A stretch of 64,000 nucleotides of DNA from Octopus vulgaris (GCA_951406725.2 OX597819.1:132928001-132992000); one strand, 5' to 3'. Numbered from the stretch's first letter, positions 1 to 15,576 are shown. Program-made: numbers and translations. Notes: generated from the sequence alone by a model not told the origin.

Positions 1-90
1 AAATTTATATCATTAGAGTTATTTACTATCGATAGAGTTTTGTATGTGTGTGTGTGCATACATCATATATGCATGCGTATATTATGCCTG

Positions 91-139
<49 letters not shown>

Positions 140-377
140 GTGTGTATGTGTGTATATATGTATATAAATGTATGTATATAATATATATATACATACATCA
201 TACATACCTACATACATACACCTATATACGCGTATGCATATACAAATGAAATCTGAATTGTCTGTATAGTTGATAGTAAATAAGAAATCCGTGACGCCCA
301 CCATCTGCGTGTCAATAAGAATAGCAGTGAAAGTTCGAGTCCTTTTTGTAAATCGGTTACACATTATGAAATATTGG

Positions 378-572
378 TTCCAAATTTTGGTGCAAGGCCA
401 GCAATTTCGCGGGAGAAGCAAGTCGGATACTTTGATCCCCAGTACATGACTGATACCTATTTTATGACCGTGAAAGGATGAAAGACAAAATCAACCGCGG
501 CGGAATTTGAAATCAAAATAAAGATGGATGAAACAGCATTCTTCCCGGCGTGGTAAAGATTCTGACAGCTCA
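378..572 (-). mobile_element. SINE family A copy (diverged)
   Basis: Reverse complement matches the family A sequence best seen at 55239-55450 (gagctg-cagaat...ttcaaattccgccg-ggt-ga...ctggggatc...gaaattgctggccttg-ccaaaattt). Confidence 0.7.
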
Positions 573-874
573 CTTCCCTCACATAAAGAAATATTAATAT
601 ATTAAAATGTTGCTCGTTAAATGCAGAAAATTTGTGAGTAGACATAGTGAATGGGATCGGCTTTCCACCATGTTCAGTGGGAACACTAAGGTCGGGCGTC
701 TGCTATATATATATATTGATAAATATATATATTGATAAAAACGGTAAGATAACAAAAGAAAGAGACCTCAATATTATGTAAATAGAGGAAGAGATGGTGG
801 CGTGGATTTCCACCTCGGCATCCGAAACCCGGAGTTTTATCTTGGCTACCGAATAATTGTCACATATTACTTTT

Positions 875-876
875 AC

Positions 877-936
<60 letters not shown>

Positions 937-1007
937 ATGTATGTATGTATGTATGTATGTATGTATATGTGTGTGTGCGTATATGTATATATGTATGCAT
1001 GTATGTA

Positions 1008-1080
<73 letters not shown>

Positions 1081-1125
1081 GTGTGTACAAGTGTGTGTGT
1101 GTGTGTGTGTGTGCATGTGTGTGTA
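875..1125. repeat. Compound (TA)n/(TG)n/(TATG)n microsatellite, representative of dozens of similar tracts in the window
   Basis: Directly visible; accounts for the [12 protein letters not shown] ORFs. Confidence 0.95.
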
Positions 1126-2174
1126 TGGTCGTGTTTGCGTGCTTGTGAGTCTGTATGTCTATCACCAGCATAAACATATTTATGTAAATTAGTATTCTAT
1201 TGATTTTTCCGGCCGCTCCCTTTCCATCTCTAATGTCTTTAAGCAAGACATGAATGTTAATAGTCTCATTCGTTCGTCACATAAAACCTCCATGTTTGTA
1301 CGGATGGAGGAAATTAACAATCTGGGTGAGACGACGACGCTCTACTGAACCTAATTTGGTGCTAGCGTTTCTGTCATAATTGATTGTTATTATGTTCACG
1401 TATAAAGTTGTTACGTCATATTTTATGTTCTTATTTCATAACCACGACAATCCAATATAGAAATCAAATTAATAGAGGTATAAAAAGTGTAACACCCTTC
1501 CCAGAATCAATATTGTTTCGATCCTCGAACGCCACCTCAGTAATGTCATCGGGATTGTAGAGAAATTTACCGCGTTTGCAAAAATGTTTATCAGCAAGTT
1601 TTTGGATTCGTAGAATGTTAATGTTCCAAAGTAGCAGTAATGAAGTGAAAGAATTGAAAATCCAAGAAATATAATGGAATTCGTATAACTAAAATATAAT
1701 CAACGAGAAATACATTTTCAGAATCTGATATTTCAACGGATGATGATAAAATAATCTTCTTAAAACTAGAATAATCCGATATGATATAATAAATCCAATT
1801 ATCATCTTAGAATCAGAGCAGGTACCTTAGAGCTTGGTTTTAAACCGCCCCAAAGAGGAGGCAGTAACACTTACAGGGATTTCAAGTATTTCAACTTCTA
1901 AAGCAAAACCAGGCAATCTTTAAGAAAATCACCAAATTTTTATTGATAAGGAAAGAATGGAATAAGAATTATTTTCAGTATGTTTGGCATCAGATGTCTC
2001 TTGGTACTGTATCTGTTTAATGTTTGTCACTAAGAGAGAAACAGTAACAGTTGATACATTTTTAGTTGAAATAAATCTTTATAGATAAAACATCTACGTG
2101 CTATCTGCTGTGGATATTGCCTTTGAAGATATCCTTTAAAACGATCCTGCTGAAAGGTTTAAGCAATATGTATA

Positions 2175-2306
<132 letters not shown>

Positions 2307-2532
2307 ATGTATGTATATATATGTACATATTTACATACATGCATACATATACATGTTCGAAAATATAAGGACGCAGATAGTGCGTCGATAGTCAGCTGGA
2401 GACGATGTTTCCTGGGGCTAAATAAAAGTAACAGTGTCCTAATCAGGCCTGCCACACTATCTTGACAAATAATCTTTATTCTATAATACTGTTACTGAAA
2501 ATTTCTCGTCCAGAAATTTAGAAATAATGATT

Positions 2533-2599
<67 letters not shown>

Positions 2600-2601
<2 letters not shown>

Positions 2602-4461
2602 CTTAGAAAGGTTTTGGCCAGTATTGGCCCAGGCCATGTCTAACTTAATAGCACCACCTGGCGAAGTCTTTCAATTCAGGATTTGGGCACCAAGGCCCAT
2701 TCGAGCAGAGAGTTATTGTTTGCGGAGACATATCCGGGTGTGGGTGGTTTGTCCGAGACTGTTTAAAGGAATTTGTCCAAAGACTTCTTGAATTTTGTGT
2801 GGTTAGTTTCTTTTTTGACGTGTCCTGGTGTAATGTTGAAGAGAGCGGGTCCAATTGAGGTGAAATAGTTGTGCCGTATTGTCGTTATGTGATGCGATTT
2901 AGATTTTTGTTGTGTGACGGATGGCACGTGGTCCAAGCCTTGGATGTATTTTGAAGGTGATGCCAACATCATTTGGACAGTGCTGATGGAATATTTTCCA
3001 CAACATACAGATAATGTAGCGTTCACGGCGTCGTTGGAGTGAATACAGTTTCAGCTTCTCTAGTCTACCCCAGTAGTCAAGGTCTGACATGCCATCTATC
3101 TTTTGTGTGATTGACCTTTGAGGAGCTTCAATTCTCATGATATTTTGTTTTGTGTAGGGAGACCACAGTGGACAGCAGTATTCAAGGTGGGGTCGGGCAA
3201 AAGTGGAGAAAAGAAGGATAATAGTGTGGGAATCTCTCGACTGGAAGGTTCTGAGAATCCAGGAACACATTCTGCGGGCCATGTCAACTTTGCTGCTTAT
3301 ATGTGTAGCCCAGCTTATGTTGTTGTCCACTGTTACTCCCAAGTCTCTGATGTTGTTGGATGTCATGAGAATTTCTCCAGAAGGAAGGGAGTATGGGAGT
3401 TTCAGAGCGTCCTCCCTTCCAAAGTGGATCAGTTCGAATTTGTCTTCATTTAGCAACATGTTATTCTTTTCCGCCCATTGGACAACAGCCAGTAGGTCTG
3501 ACTGAAGGCTTATTCGGTCATCCACGCCATTGATGACCTTCTGGAGCTTGGAACCATCAGCGAAGGTTCTGATGTTACTGTGTTTGATGGTGTCAGTAAT
3601 ATCATTTATGTAGATGATGAAGAGAAGTGGGCCCAACACAGTGCCTTGTGGGACACCACTGCTGACTTTGGCTGGGCTGGATTTGACTCCTTCGACTACA
3701 ACATGTTGGGTTCTGTTAGACAGAAAGCACTTGATCCACTGCAGCAGCTTTCCAGTGACACCAATATTGGACAGCTTTCTCTGAAGGATCTTATGATCAA
3801 CCCTGTCAAAGGCCTTGCTGAAATCAAGGTAGATGACATCAGTGTTGGAACCCTCTCCCAAGGCTCTCAAAATGTCATCAAAATGATGCAGTAGCTGCGT
3901 CAGGCAATCTCTCCCATTACGGAATCCATGCTGGTTGGAGTTCAGCATATTATGACTCTCAAGGAAGTGAGTCATACGCGATCTCAGCACCCTCTCAAAT
4001 ACCTTAATGATATGAGAGGTGAGTGAGATTGGACGGTAATTCACGGCAAGCGATTTGTTTCCTTTTTTGAAAACTGGAACAACAGACTGGGATAGAAGGT
4101 CTTCTGGTATATATCCAGCATCCAGTGAGTTCCGCCACAGATTGGCTAGAGGGAGTGCAAGTTGGTTTTGACACATCTTCAAGACACAAGCAGGGAACCT
4201 ATCGGGACCTACTGCTGAATTATGCTTCATTTCCTTTATTGCTGCTAAGACATCAGGTTATGTCCGATAAAGTGTATTGGGGAGTAACATCACTGATACA
4301 GCCCAGATCAGTCATATCAGGATTGCTGAAAACAGAGCAATATTGTTTCTGCAATATCTCTCCCATGGTTTTGGCATTATCTTGAAGAATACCATTTTCA
4401 TCAGTCAGAGGGCCAACAGTAGAACCAGTGACTCTGTGTTTTTTTTGCAAATGAAAAAAAC

Positions 4462-4462
<1 letters not shown>
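2600..4462 (-). mobile_element. 5'-truncated CR1-like LINE (RT domain plus C-terminus and 3' UTR) embedded in (TA)n
   Basis: ORF 2899-4230(-) has GPD, YRPISLTS, QHGFR, YLDFSKAFD, GVPQGTVLGPLLF, LEYCCPLWSP and LYSLQRRRER motifs. Frameshifted continuations lie at 2763-3026 and 4253-4450. (TA)n flanks both sides. Confidence 0.9.
2899..4230 (-). pseudogene. Reverse transcriptase ORF fragment of CR1-like LINE; catalytic FADD reads FADG
   Basis: 443-aa ORF with non-LTR RT motifs. The second catalytic Asp is replaced by Gly, and there are frameshifts at both ends. Confidence 0.88.
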
Positions 4463-4512
<50 letters not shown>

Positions 4513-4517
<5 letters not shown>

Positions 4518-4620
4518 GCCTGCTCGCTTAGCCAGCGGGGTGGCGTTATTTGAAGGCTAAAACAATGCGAAGCGCATTGTGACCAGCGATGTGTAGCAGC
4601 ATCTGATAGCCTGGTCGATC
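4513..4620 (+). mobile_element. 3' fragment of tRNA-derived SINE family C
   Basis: Near-identical to 15454-15561 (cctgctc-cttagccagcggggtggcgt...gcgaagcgcattgtgaccag...ctgatagcctggtcg). Confidence 0.85.
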
Positions 4621-4629
4621 AAATCAAAT

Positions 4630-4687
<58 letters not shown>

Positions 4688-4752
4688 AATGATTTTCGTA
4701 ATGAGATAAAAAACCAAGGCTGTGCAGAATTTAGAACATTTATAGATAGAAG

Positions 4753-4800
4753 GTCTTACAGCTGTTTCCAGGATATTTATTGTATCCCTTCATCAGAGAC
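4753..4800 (-). ncRNA. Minimal type-I hammerhead ribozyme motif (Penelope pLTR type)
   Basis: Minus strand reads GTCT-CTGATGA-a-GGGATA-caataaa-TATCCT-g-GAAA-CAGCTG-TA-AGAC: stem I GTCT/AGAC, full core, stem II, palindromic stem III CAGCTG, GUA cleavage triplet. Confidence 0.8.
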
Positions 4801-4994
4801 GGTGTGAAAGGATGGTTAAGAAATAGTTAATTCAGATAAGATACAAAATAGGGAGTGAGGTGGAAGAAAGAAAATAGATGTGAGATGTGTAGGGATATTG
4901 TATTTGCAGATCCATATTTTAGCCAGAATGGTATACATATAAGATTCCAATAACTTATGAGTAAAACCCAATATATTATCTATATGTATATATG

Positions 4995-5109
<115 letters not shown>

Positions 5110-6471
5110 GTATGTGTTTGTGTGTGTGTGTATGTGTGTGTGTGTGTGTATTGAGAAAAAGTTGAAAATGCATCAAGGGCAAATGGATAGTGGTATTAGC
5201 GTATCCATTTCTCCTTACCCATTGTATAATACTTCATTTTCGGTATACATATCCTCTTCTATAAGTTTGTCTGTTTATAACCTACAATTTATTGGTATTG
5301 GTACCTTACCTATCTTGTATCTGACTCTGAATAATCAACTCGCAAGATACTACCAATCTTTGATTATTGGTTTTATTTATCAGCGTTCTCATAAACTCCT
5401 TATTCTGCTTTATATCATTTTCTGAGTTCATTACCCCCCTCTATTTATTCCGCTTTGTTTAGTCCATAACTACCTCTAAGCCTCCTGATAGTTGATGTAT
5501 GATCCTTATTATTGCTGTTGGCTATTATGAATTATTATTGCGTCTGTATCTATATTTTCATAATTCATATAATGTCACCTATACCGTTTAGGTAATACTC
5601 TCGTTATTGTCACCACCATCTCCCGTTATAATCCCGAAATTCTATTTAAGCTCTTTCTCTTTCCCTTTAATTTTAAATAATTCTAAATATGTTTATGTTG
5701 CGCTCTTATTAAACGCTTAATTGCCTTAAGTATCCTCTGTGTTAGTTTCATCCCCATCTCAGATCCTTGTATAATAAACCTGGCATAAAATAAAACAGAA
5801 TCCAATAAAAGGAATAGCAGGGAGATGCATGTATAATTAACTCAAACATTGTCTTACAGGTTGCGACAAAGAACCAGACTGCCTGGCTCTTTTCTTTCTC
5901 CCACCCTTCACCTGCCCACTAACTGCCCTGAACCTATGAATTATTTGTTCTCCCTACTCACTAACTAACCTCTTAATGTCATGCTAGCTTCGCTTTGTTC
6001 CCTCATTCCATGCCAGCCTTGGCTCAAATCAGGTTTGGTTCACCAACTGTGGCCAAGTGTTGCTCTGATATTGTTTTGAAATGTATCATCTGAAGAAAGC
6101 GTTTTTTAAAGTTATGACGTGATGAACTCATTAATCTATATTTTAAAAACATCCGCTGGAAACAACTGCAATGATGGGACACTTGTTATTTATTTGTTCA
6201 TAATATACCCCACTAGAATCCCGACACGTCAGACATTCTGGAGTATGGCGAAAAACGTGGGACCAATACAACGTACACTTTTCGATTAGCTCTTAGGCTA
6301 TTAAATAAGGCTTTTAAATTCTCTGTATACATAAACTGAATATTTTACTGGATGCTCTTCAGTAGCCATGATAGCTTTTCGACTAGAGGTGCTGTTTACA
6401 AGTTATTCCGACCCAACCCGGTGCCTATCATTTAAGTACTTCATTCATTCTAATCCTTAATATTTTATGTG

Positions 6472-6521
<50 letters not shown>

Positions 6522-6840
6522 TATATATAGCTGAAATTTATAGAAAAATAAAAGACGAAGACAGGTGTATGAACAACAAGCAAGTGTATTAGTTTGATGC
6601 TCGGGAGGATGAGGAAATCTTTTACGTTTCGAGTAATAAGAGAAAATAGAGCGAAAATGATGAAAAGCTTGTAGATTTCAAGATACGTATATATATATAT
6701 ATATATATATAAGTAACAGAAAGGGAGGAATTTCGGTTATCTCCACGTGGTGAGTTGTAATATATATAAGAAATTAAAGAAGGAAAATGCATACATTTTA
6801 CATTTTGATATAATTTTAAAATATATCTTGTATTGTGTTT

Positions 6841-6872
6841 GTCGACCGGTTTCGCTTTCGCTCTTCATGATA
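6841..6872 (-). ncRNA. Decayed minimal hammerhead motif
   Basis: Minus strand reads atc-ATGAAGA-GC-gaaa-GC-GAAA-CCGG-TC-gac. The core C3 is mutated to A, stem III is palindromic (ACCGGT) and the triplet is GUC. Confidence 0.45.
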
Positions 6873-8528
6873 TTAACATTTATTTAAATACGTATTTAAA
6901 TAAATTCTATATATTTGCACGCATTCCATTGAATTATTAAATAGTTTCATTGCTTTATCCTGGGTTGAGTGAGATGCTGGACGTGATATGCTATGTGTCC
7001 TGTAATACAAAGAACTAGTTTTTACGCTTGCACTATGCCGTTAAACGCTGTGTGACTTGATAACTGAAACTCAATCTGAGACTATTGTGGGAGAATTAAA
7101 TTTACTGATATATGTCCGAAAAATAAATCCCGTTTCGCCACGTGCCTCGATGAGCGAGTATTTCCTCGAAAAGGACCCAATAAGCGAAATACGTCAAAAA
7201 AATGTTGTAAAAAGACAAACGGTAGGTGCTTCTGTTGGTGTTGTAAAAGAAGCAGTTATTCGAATATTATTTGAAAGTTGTTCGAGATTTATTAAATGAT
7301 TTTCTTTTGGTGGTTAATAATTAAAAAAGAGTCCCGTTTTCTATGTTAGAGCGTGGTCTAAGAAATGTGAACAATAACGTGGCGCTTATATAATTTTATC
7401 AGAAACGTGACTTCCTAATTAGAACAAAGAAGAATGAAACAGAATGAAATATTATCTGAGAGACCGAAAGTGGTTTCGATGTGCGAGGAATAACAACCAA
7501 ATAACACATTACTGTTTTGGAAAAAAATAATGGACATATTGTGGAATGTAGTCGCGTAGGATGCATCGTACTTAAGACAAACATTTCAACAGTCATGATT
7601 CGAACATCTTTGATCACTGACTTGCTCTGTCGGTGCGCCCCGACTTCATCATCATCATCATCATCATCATCACCATCATCAAGAACATCATCTCCGTTAA
7701 AAAAACAATAACAATACATCAATAATGTAGCCATCCTTGTTGGTTTTATGTTTCTTTCAAAGAGTCACCGTTGTCATCTCTTTGGCTGATTTACAGTGTC
7801 TTAAGGCCATACAATTATATGAACGAGAAATGAAATACAATTCTGCATAATGATAATATAACACAATTATAATATTGAGTAACATACCTAATTCCTGGTT
7901 TGTCATTTTGACAAAAGGAATGACAATAAGTGATTAACTTTGCCAAACATTCGGTTACAATGTAGCATGCCTTTCCTAATATTTCTATGATTAGCAAGTG
8001 AAAAATTAACTCATTGTTTTTTTTTAATTATAATTTACGTTATGTTTCATAATTTCCATTCGTTCTGGTAATCTCCATTGCTATTCATCTGGTTTTGCCA
8101 TTCGAAGATAATGAGCTTCAAACTTAATTTGTAAGTTGAAACGAGATCTCATTAAACTGTCAGCTTATTTTAAACATGCGTTTAACAATCAGGAAACTAA
8201 CTGAAACGAAAATGTTGAAATTATGGGAAATTTATCGTCAAATCTACACAATTCAATATCTAGCTTCTAAAGTTAAACCTTTCTTTTAAATTTTATGCAA
8301 AATCCCAATAAAAAACAATTGTAAAAATATAAACAAATATAAAAATATAAGCAAGTATAAAAATATACAACATATACAGCTAGTATAACAACAGAGAGTG
8401 CATAGAAATATACGGCGTGTATAAAATTATATAGCGAGAATAAAAATATACATCGTGTATAAAATATATAGAAGTGTAGAAATATGCGAATTATAGAAAC
8501 ACATAAAACAGAAAGTTCGCGTGAGTTT

Positions 8529-8688
8529 AATAGCAATCGGGCGTTGGGCAATAGTGGCCATAGGGCGCTGGGCAATAATGGCCATAGGGTGCTGGGCAGT
8601 AATGGCAATAGGGTGATGAGCAATAATGGCAATAGTGCACTGGTCAATAATTGCCATAGGGAGCTGGGCAGTAATGGTAATAGGGTGT
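8529..8688 (+). repeat. 24-bp minisatellite (~6.5 units, consensus tgggcaataatggccatagggcgc)
   Basis: Visible tandem units; translate as 8-aa repeats in the ORF track (HRALGNNG). Confidence 0.85.
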
Positions 8689-8870
8689 TCGACAAAATGC
8701 TTAGCGGCATTTCGTCCGTCTTTACGTTCTAAGCTCAAATTCCGCCGAATTGACCTGGCCCTTTATCATTGCGAGGTCGGAAAAAATAGGAACCAGTTAG
8801 GCACTGGGGTCCATGTAATCCACTTACCCCAGCCCACACGAAATTGCTGGCCTTGTGCCAAAATTTAAGC
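8657..8870 (+). mobile_element. SINE family A copy
   Basis: caaaatgcttagcggcatttcgtccgtctttacgttct...caaattccgccg...ctggggtc...gaaattgctggccttgtgccaaaattt matches 55239-55450. Confidence 0.8.
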
Positions 8871-9060
8871 CCAATATTATGATTGGCAACGGAGGCAGGG
8901 GAGAAGCAGCTGGCTGACCTTAACCGCTACCATTGTAGCTTTCAGCAGAATCAATAGATATTTAATAAAAAGAACTAAAATATGCAGTTGCGTGTCTTGG
9001 CACACAGTAGTTGCCCACTGGAGAGGAAAGCAGTATATCTGGAGCACAGGATATGTGCTA

Positions 9061-9760
9061 TAAGCCGGATTAACCACTGTCCCCTGCGCTACACAACAAT
9101 ATCAACACTTCAACAGTAAAATAAAAGCATTATATTTCACTAAAAACAAACAACCATATAACATACTCAAACAAAACACTCACTGCTGAATGCCAGCACA
9201 CGCTTTCTTTGAATCTGAGAATGAATACATAATTTCCTGTCTAAAACGTGATCTGGATTTGATATTTTCCAAAAATCTCTTCGCATGTTATTAATGTATC
9301 TATTCCGTTATTTCTTGTGATAAAGAAGTGCATACTTATTTACTTCTCACCTGATCTATTCTTATGGAGTGAATTATTTTCAACTTCCTGAGAGAAATAA
9401 CTGCGTGATAGATATAAAATGTATGCAATAAAATAAAAGTGATGAGTGAGCCAAATTCTTTTCCATAACATGATTAATTGTCTTTTCTTCATGAGGGAAA
9501 GTCGCCCCCCCCCCGCGCAACATGGCTGCTATGTCTTTCGCTGCTAACAAGCCCTTTGACATTGTCTTCATTTTCACAAATTTCTATTTCATGGCATCTA
9601 TATTATTCCTTTGTCTTGAAGAATTCACTAAATCGCTTTGAATATCCTGGCACCGTACGCCTCCATTATTTCAAGTAAACATCTTATGGAAAACTGCCAA
9701 TGCTGCCAAAGAAATGCACTGTAGAACCTCAAGTGGCAACCACGATATTGCCAATACAAC
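9061..9760 (-). mobile_element. Possible highly decayed hAT-like DNA transposon remnant
   Basis: A terminus-like taagccggattaa occurs at 9061. A minus-strand SLRKLKII near 9375-9398 resembles the hAT dimerisation motif SFSKLKII. Evidence is weak. Confidence 0.25.
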
Positions 9761-10177
9761 AATCCATGGAATTATCAATTTCGCCATAGTTGAACATGTG
9801 CACCTTCAATACAACCTAAACAAAAGAACCGATGCAACGTTATTTCGAAAACAAAACAGCAACGTTTCACATCAAAAAATTAATAAAACGAATAGAAAAA
9901 CCTATAATAAGGGAAACCTCATCCTTCCTATTCTTGCTTTTAATGAACGGGTGGGGATATATCTAGGCCACGCGTGGGGGTTGAATAAATTAAATGAATT
10001 ACAAGTTAGATAAATTTGATATAAGACAAAGTGAAATAAGGAAAATTCCATCTCAGTAGAACATAACTTCAACGACTAAATGCTTGGTTGGCATTGAAAT
10101 GATTTTCATAATTAAAGTTTTCAATAGCAATCTATGTTACGATTATTGCTGCTGCTGTTGCTGCTACTACTACAACA

Positions 10178-10226
<49 letters not shown>

Positions 10227-10350
10227 TTACTACTTATAATTCATCGCCTCCGGAAGGACGAACAGCAAAGTTAAAATTTCCCCAAAGTAAAGAGGATGTC
10301 CGTCCTTCCAGGGCCGAAAACAACAAAAAAAAAATAGTTATGTTCCGGGT

Positions 10351-10528
10351 CGAAATTGCTGGCCTTGTGCTGCCTACTTCTTTCGTTCTGAGTTCAAATG
10401 CAGCCAGGATCAACTTTCTCCTTCATCCTTTCGACGTCGTTAAAATGAAGGAGCAGTCAATAGGTAATATAGTCGATGCAATCAACTTGCTCCATCTCCT
10501 AAAATTGCTGGCCTTGTGCCAACATTTC
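10351..10528 (+). mobile_element. SINE family A copy (diverged, with duplicated 3' motif)
   Basis: cgttctgagttcaaat...cttcatcctttcg...gtcgatgcaatc...aaattgctggccttgtgcc; the last motif also occurs at 10353. Confidence 0.7.
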
Positions 10529-10530
10529 CC

Positions 10531-12464
<1,934 letters not shown>

Positions 12465-12489
12465 AAACGTCGCACAATATACAATATGG

Positions 12490-14230
12490 TGAGGTTGTTG
12501 TGTCTACCCACGGTTTGTACTGTTTAATCTAGTCACAACAAGGACCTCAGACAGACAGTACTTTACGCAATATGCGTGGGGTACCGAGCAATGCCTACTT
12601 TTGCAATACATCTAGATTGTAGAGTATCTCTAAGGTTTTCGGATGCTTTTTTTCAGGTTGGGTGGTATTGAACCCAATGCTCCGATGACAATAGGGATAA
12701 CCTTTATGTTTGACTCCTGTAGCTGCCGCATCTTAGCGATCTCAATTCTCAGGTCTCTATATTTATCAACCTTTTCCTCTTCTTTCAAATGTTGATCTCC
12801 TGTCACTGCAATGTCACTTATGGGGCACTCTTGTTTGTCCCCGCTAAATGTTCCCATATTCGGCCTTCGGTGCTCTAATATCTTGTCTGACTGGAAGTCA
12901 AAGTCCCAGAGGATTTTTGCCTACCCCTTTCCATCCAACTCATGTTTTGTTGGAATTCCTGGAGTAATTCATGCTTAGCGGGCTTGCTGCCTGCAGCCGA
13001 CGGTGCCATGCTATCCGATCTTTACAACTACCTAATACTTTCCTGATTATTCTGGCCGTGCCAAGGAGGCAAAACATTTGTAACAGTTCTACTGGGCACT
13101 CTATTCCGATTTCCTTTATATTCCTCTTGATGTCTTCTGATACTGTCCCCAGGGCCTCAAAAATAATTGACACTATCTTCACCATCTACATTTTCCATTG
13201 CCCGACAATAAGAGGATTGTATATATCTATTTTCACGCTTTCCGTCTTGACTCTTCGTGGGTCAAAAGAACATGCACTATCAACTGTATAGCATATGTAG
13301 CGCGACTTGTCCCCACAACTAGGATCGGTTTGTTATGCTAGGGAATCTGATTCGTTTGGATGGGTAAATCCCACCGATTTTACAGGTCTCACTTTGGTTT
13401 GCGCTCATACCACGTTTCGCCTCTCTCTAGACCCCAATTTTCATATAGTTTCCAATGTAGCACTTTCGCTCCCTCCTCGTGTTGTCACAGCTTGTATTGG
13501 TTTTGGGCAAGCCGAGGTCATTCGTTTACCATTCGGGCAGTAGTTTCGTTTATTGCACATTCAGCACAGTGGAGACACCTGCTTATCCTAAATTTGACCC
13601 TCCAATTTGTGGCGAAATTTTGATCTTGCGCTAACCAGGTACAGTTCTGCCAATCTCTTTCCCCAAAGCTCCTTTCCTCAGCCAGTCCCGTCTATGTTCT
13701 CCAATAACTTCAGTTGTGGCTATACGAGGTTTATTCTTTAGTCACTTCTTGGGTAGAGCTTCTTCATGTCTTTCCTGTACTTGTCACTTTGTTCTTTTCT
13801 TTTTCCCTGATTTCAATCTGCCTCATCTCTAACGTCTCCTTAGCAAGGTTTCCTCAATCAGGCACAGATACCTCAGCTGGTTCTAAAGTTCGATATGCAC
13901 GCAGTCTTCCACAGTTACCAGTCCTCTTCCTCCATGTGGTCTCTTCATGTGTAGGCGATCAGTGTCCGTACGTAGACGATGGGCTCCATGCATTGGTGGC
14001 AGTTTTCCTCTCTACCGGTCCAACTTTTACAGCTCATCCTCTGTCCACTTCAGAAGTCCAGCGCCATACCAAACTACTGCGACCGCTCGCTAGTTTATTA
14101 CCGAAATTATGTCTCTGAATCCAACTTTAAATCCAATATATTTGTCACTCATTGCAGATACTCTTTCTTTATCTTTTCTGTTATATCATTGTGTTGAATT
14201 CCACCAGTCTCAAGAATTCCAAAAGAAATT
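12490..14230 (-). mobile_element. Decayed R4/Dong-type RLE retrotransposon 3' half, interrupted by a second R4/Dong fragment
   Basis: Minus strand gives WLRKG (13680), SPLC..C...LAQNQYK...KVLHWKL (13430-13580), ILWDFDFQSD and ISDIAV...KEEEKVDKYRDL...IPIVIGALG. Its 3' end abuts the (TAA)n array. Confidence 0.8.
12940..13280 (-). mobile_element. 3' fragment of a different R4/Dong family, nested in the above
   Basis: ORF 12940-13185 (IIFEALGTVS...LLQ..CLLGTARIIRKVL) is an RLE C-terminus; the sequence is related to 55570-55660. Confidence 0.75.
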
Positions 14231-15026
14231 GTAGCAATTGGAAAAACTTTATTGATTCTCCCTGGTTGGCTGAAAGTCACTTAGCATTTGATTGGCTGAA
14301 AGGTGGAACATCGAAGCTTAATTTCTGAAGTTGGATAAATTTTTTCACCCTAGAATAAGTTGAACTTTGAAAGATGTACACAAAGACGAGTCATACTACG
14401 AAGCTAAACAAATCATTAATTTCATTTAGTTTGTCATTCTTTTCACGACATCTTAACTGCTGGAAAAGGTTCATAGCAAAGTAGAAGCTTAAGGGTCAAC
14501 AGGCACATTGGTAGCTCAGAAAGATTAACAAATATTTTGAAAAGCAGCAAAGGTTTCATAGAATTATTTCGACATTTAAAGACTATACAATGCTTGAAAT
14601 ATTCGCCATTTATCTTTTGTCGCGCGGAATTTTTTTCAAATCATTTGTTTTCACCTTTTGTCTCGAGATGAGATTTAACGTCGTGTGAAAAATATTTCCA
14701 AAAAGTTGATATATTTCAGATATGTGTTCACTTAACCATAATGACAGTTTTTTTGTCGTTGTGAAGTGATTTTTTTTCATCATATCACTTTTGAGGATTT
14801 ATTTTTTTAGAGAAGCAATAATTCACAATTTGCGACATAAATAACATTCACTCTCTTGTATTCACTTATTCACAAAGTTATTTGTTTAACCCTCTTTCAA
14901 ATATCAAACCTTCTGCAACACACATATACATACACACACATACACACATGGGTATATACATATATATGTATATATCTATGTGTGTACAACTAAATAAATA
15001 TATAAATAAATAAATACCCCCCCCCC

Positions 15027-15072
<46 letters not shown>

Positions 15073-15188
15073 CTTGGCTTCGAAGATGTAAACAGGTAAA
15101 TAGAACTCAGAACATGTGTATATAATAGTTTTCTTTTTTATTTAACTGGCTAAAAGTAGAGAGTAAAGATCTATCTATCTATCTATAT

Positions 15189-15264
<76 letters not shown>

Positions 15265-15284
15265 ATATATGGATATAAATATAT

Positions 15285-15576
15285 GGAGGCGCAATGGCTC
15301 AGTGGTTATGGCAGCGGACTCGCGGTCGTAGGATCGCGGTTTCGATTCCCAGACCGGGCGTTGTGAGTGTTTATTGAGCGAAAACACCTAAAACTCTGGC
15401 AGTGGCGATCCCTGCTGTACTCTTTCGCCAGAACTTTCTCTTGCTTTTTCTTCTGTTGACCTGCTCACTTAGCCAGCGGGGTGGCGTCATTTGAAGGCTA
15501 AAACAATGCGAAGCGCATTGTGACCAGTGATGTGTAGCAACATCTGATAGCCTGGTCGGTCACGTGATGACGTGAT
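15285..15576 (+). mobile_element. Full-length tRNA-derived SINE family C
   Basis: A box TGGCTCAGTGG (15295-15305), B box GGTTTCGATTCC (15338-15349), body shared with 4513-4620, cacgtgat-like tail, inserted in (TA)n. Confidence 0.85.

Noticed and set aside
8529-8688. CRISPR-like array (also 45895 and 49565 repeats)
   Set aside because: Units are contiguous tandem repeats with no unique spacers, there are no cas genes, and the context is eukaryotic.
15285-15357. tRNA gene (also 52828-52892 and 37103-37170)
   Set aside because: A/B boxes are present, but acceptor and anticodon stems are imperfect and the heads run into repeat bodies, so these are SINE heads.
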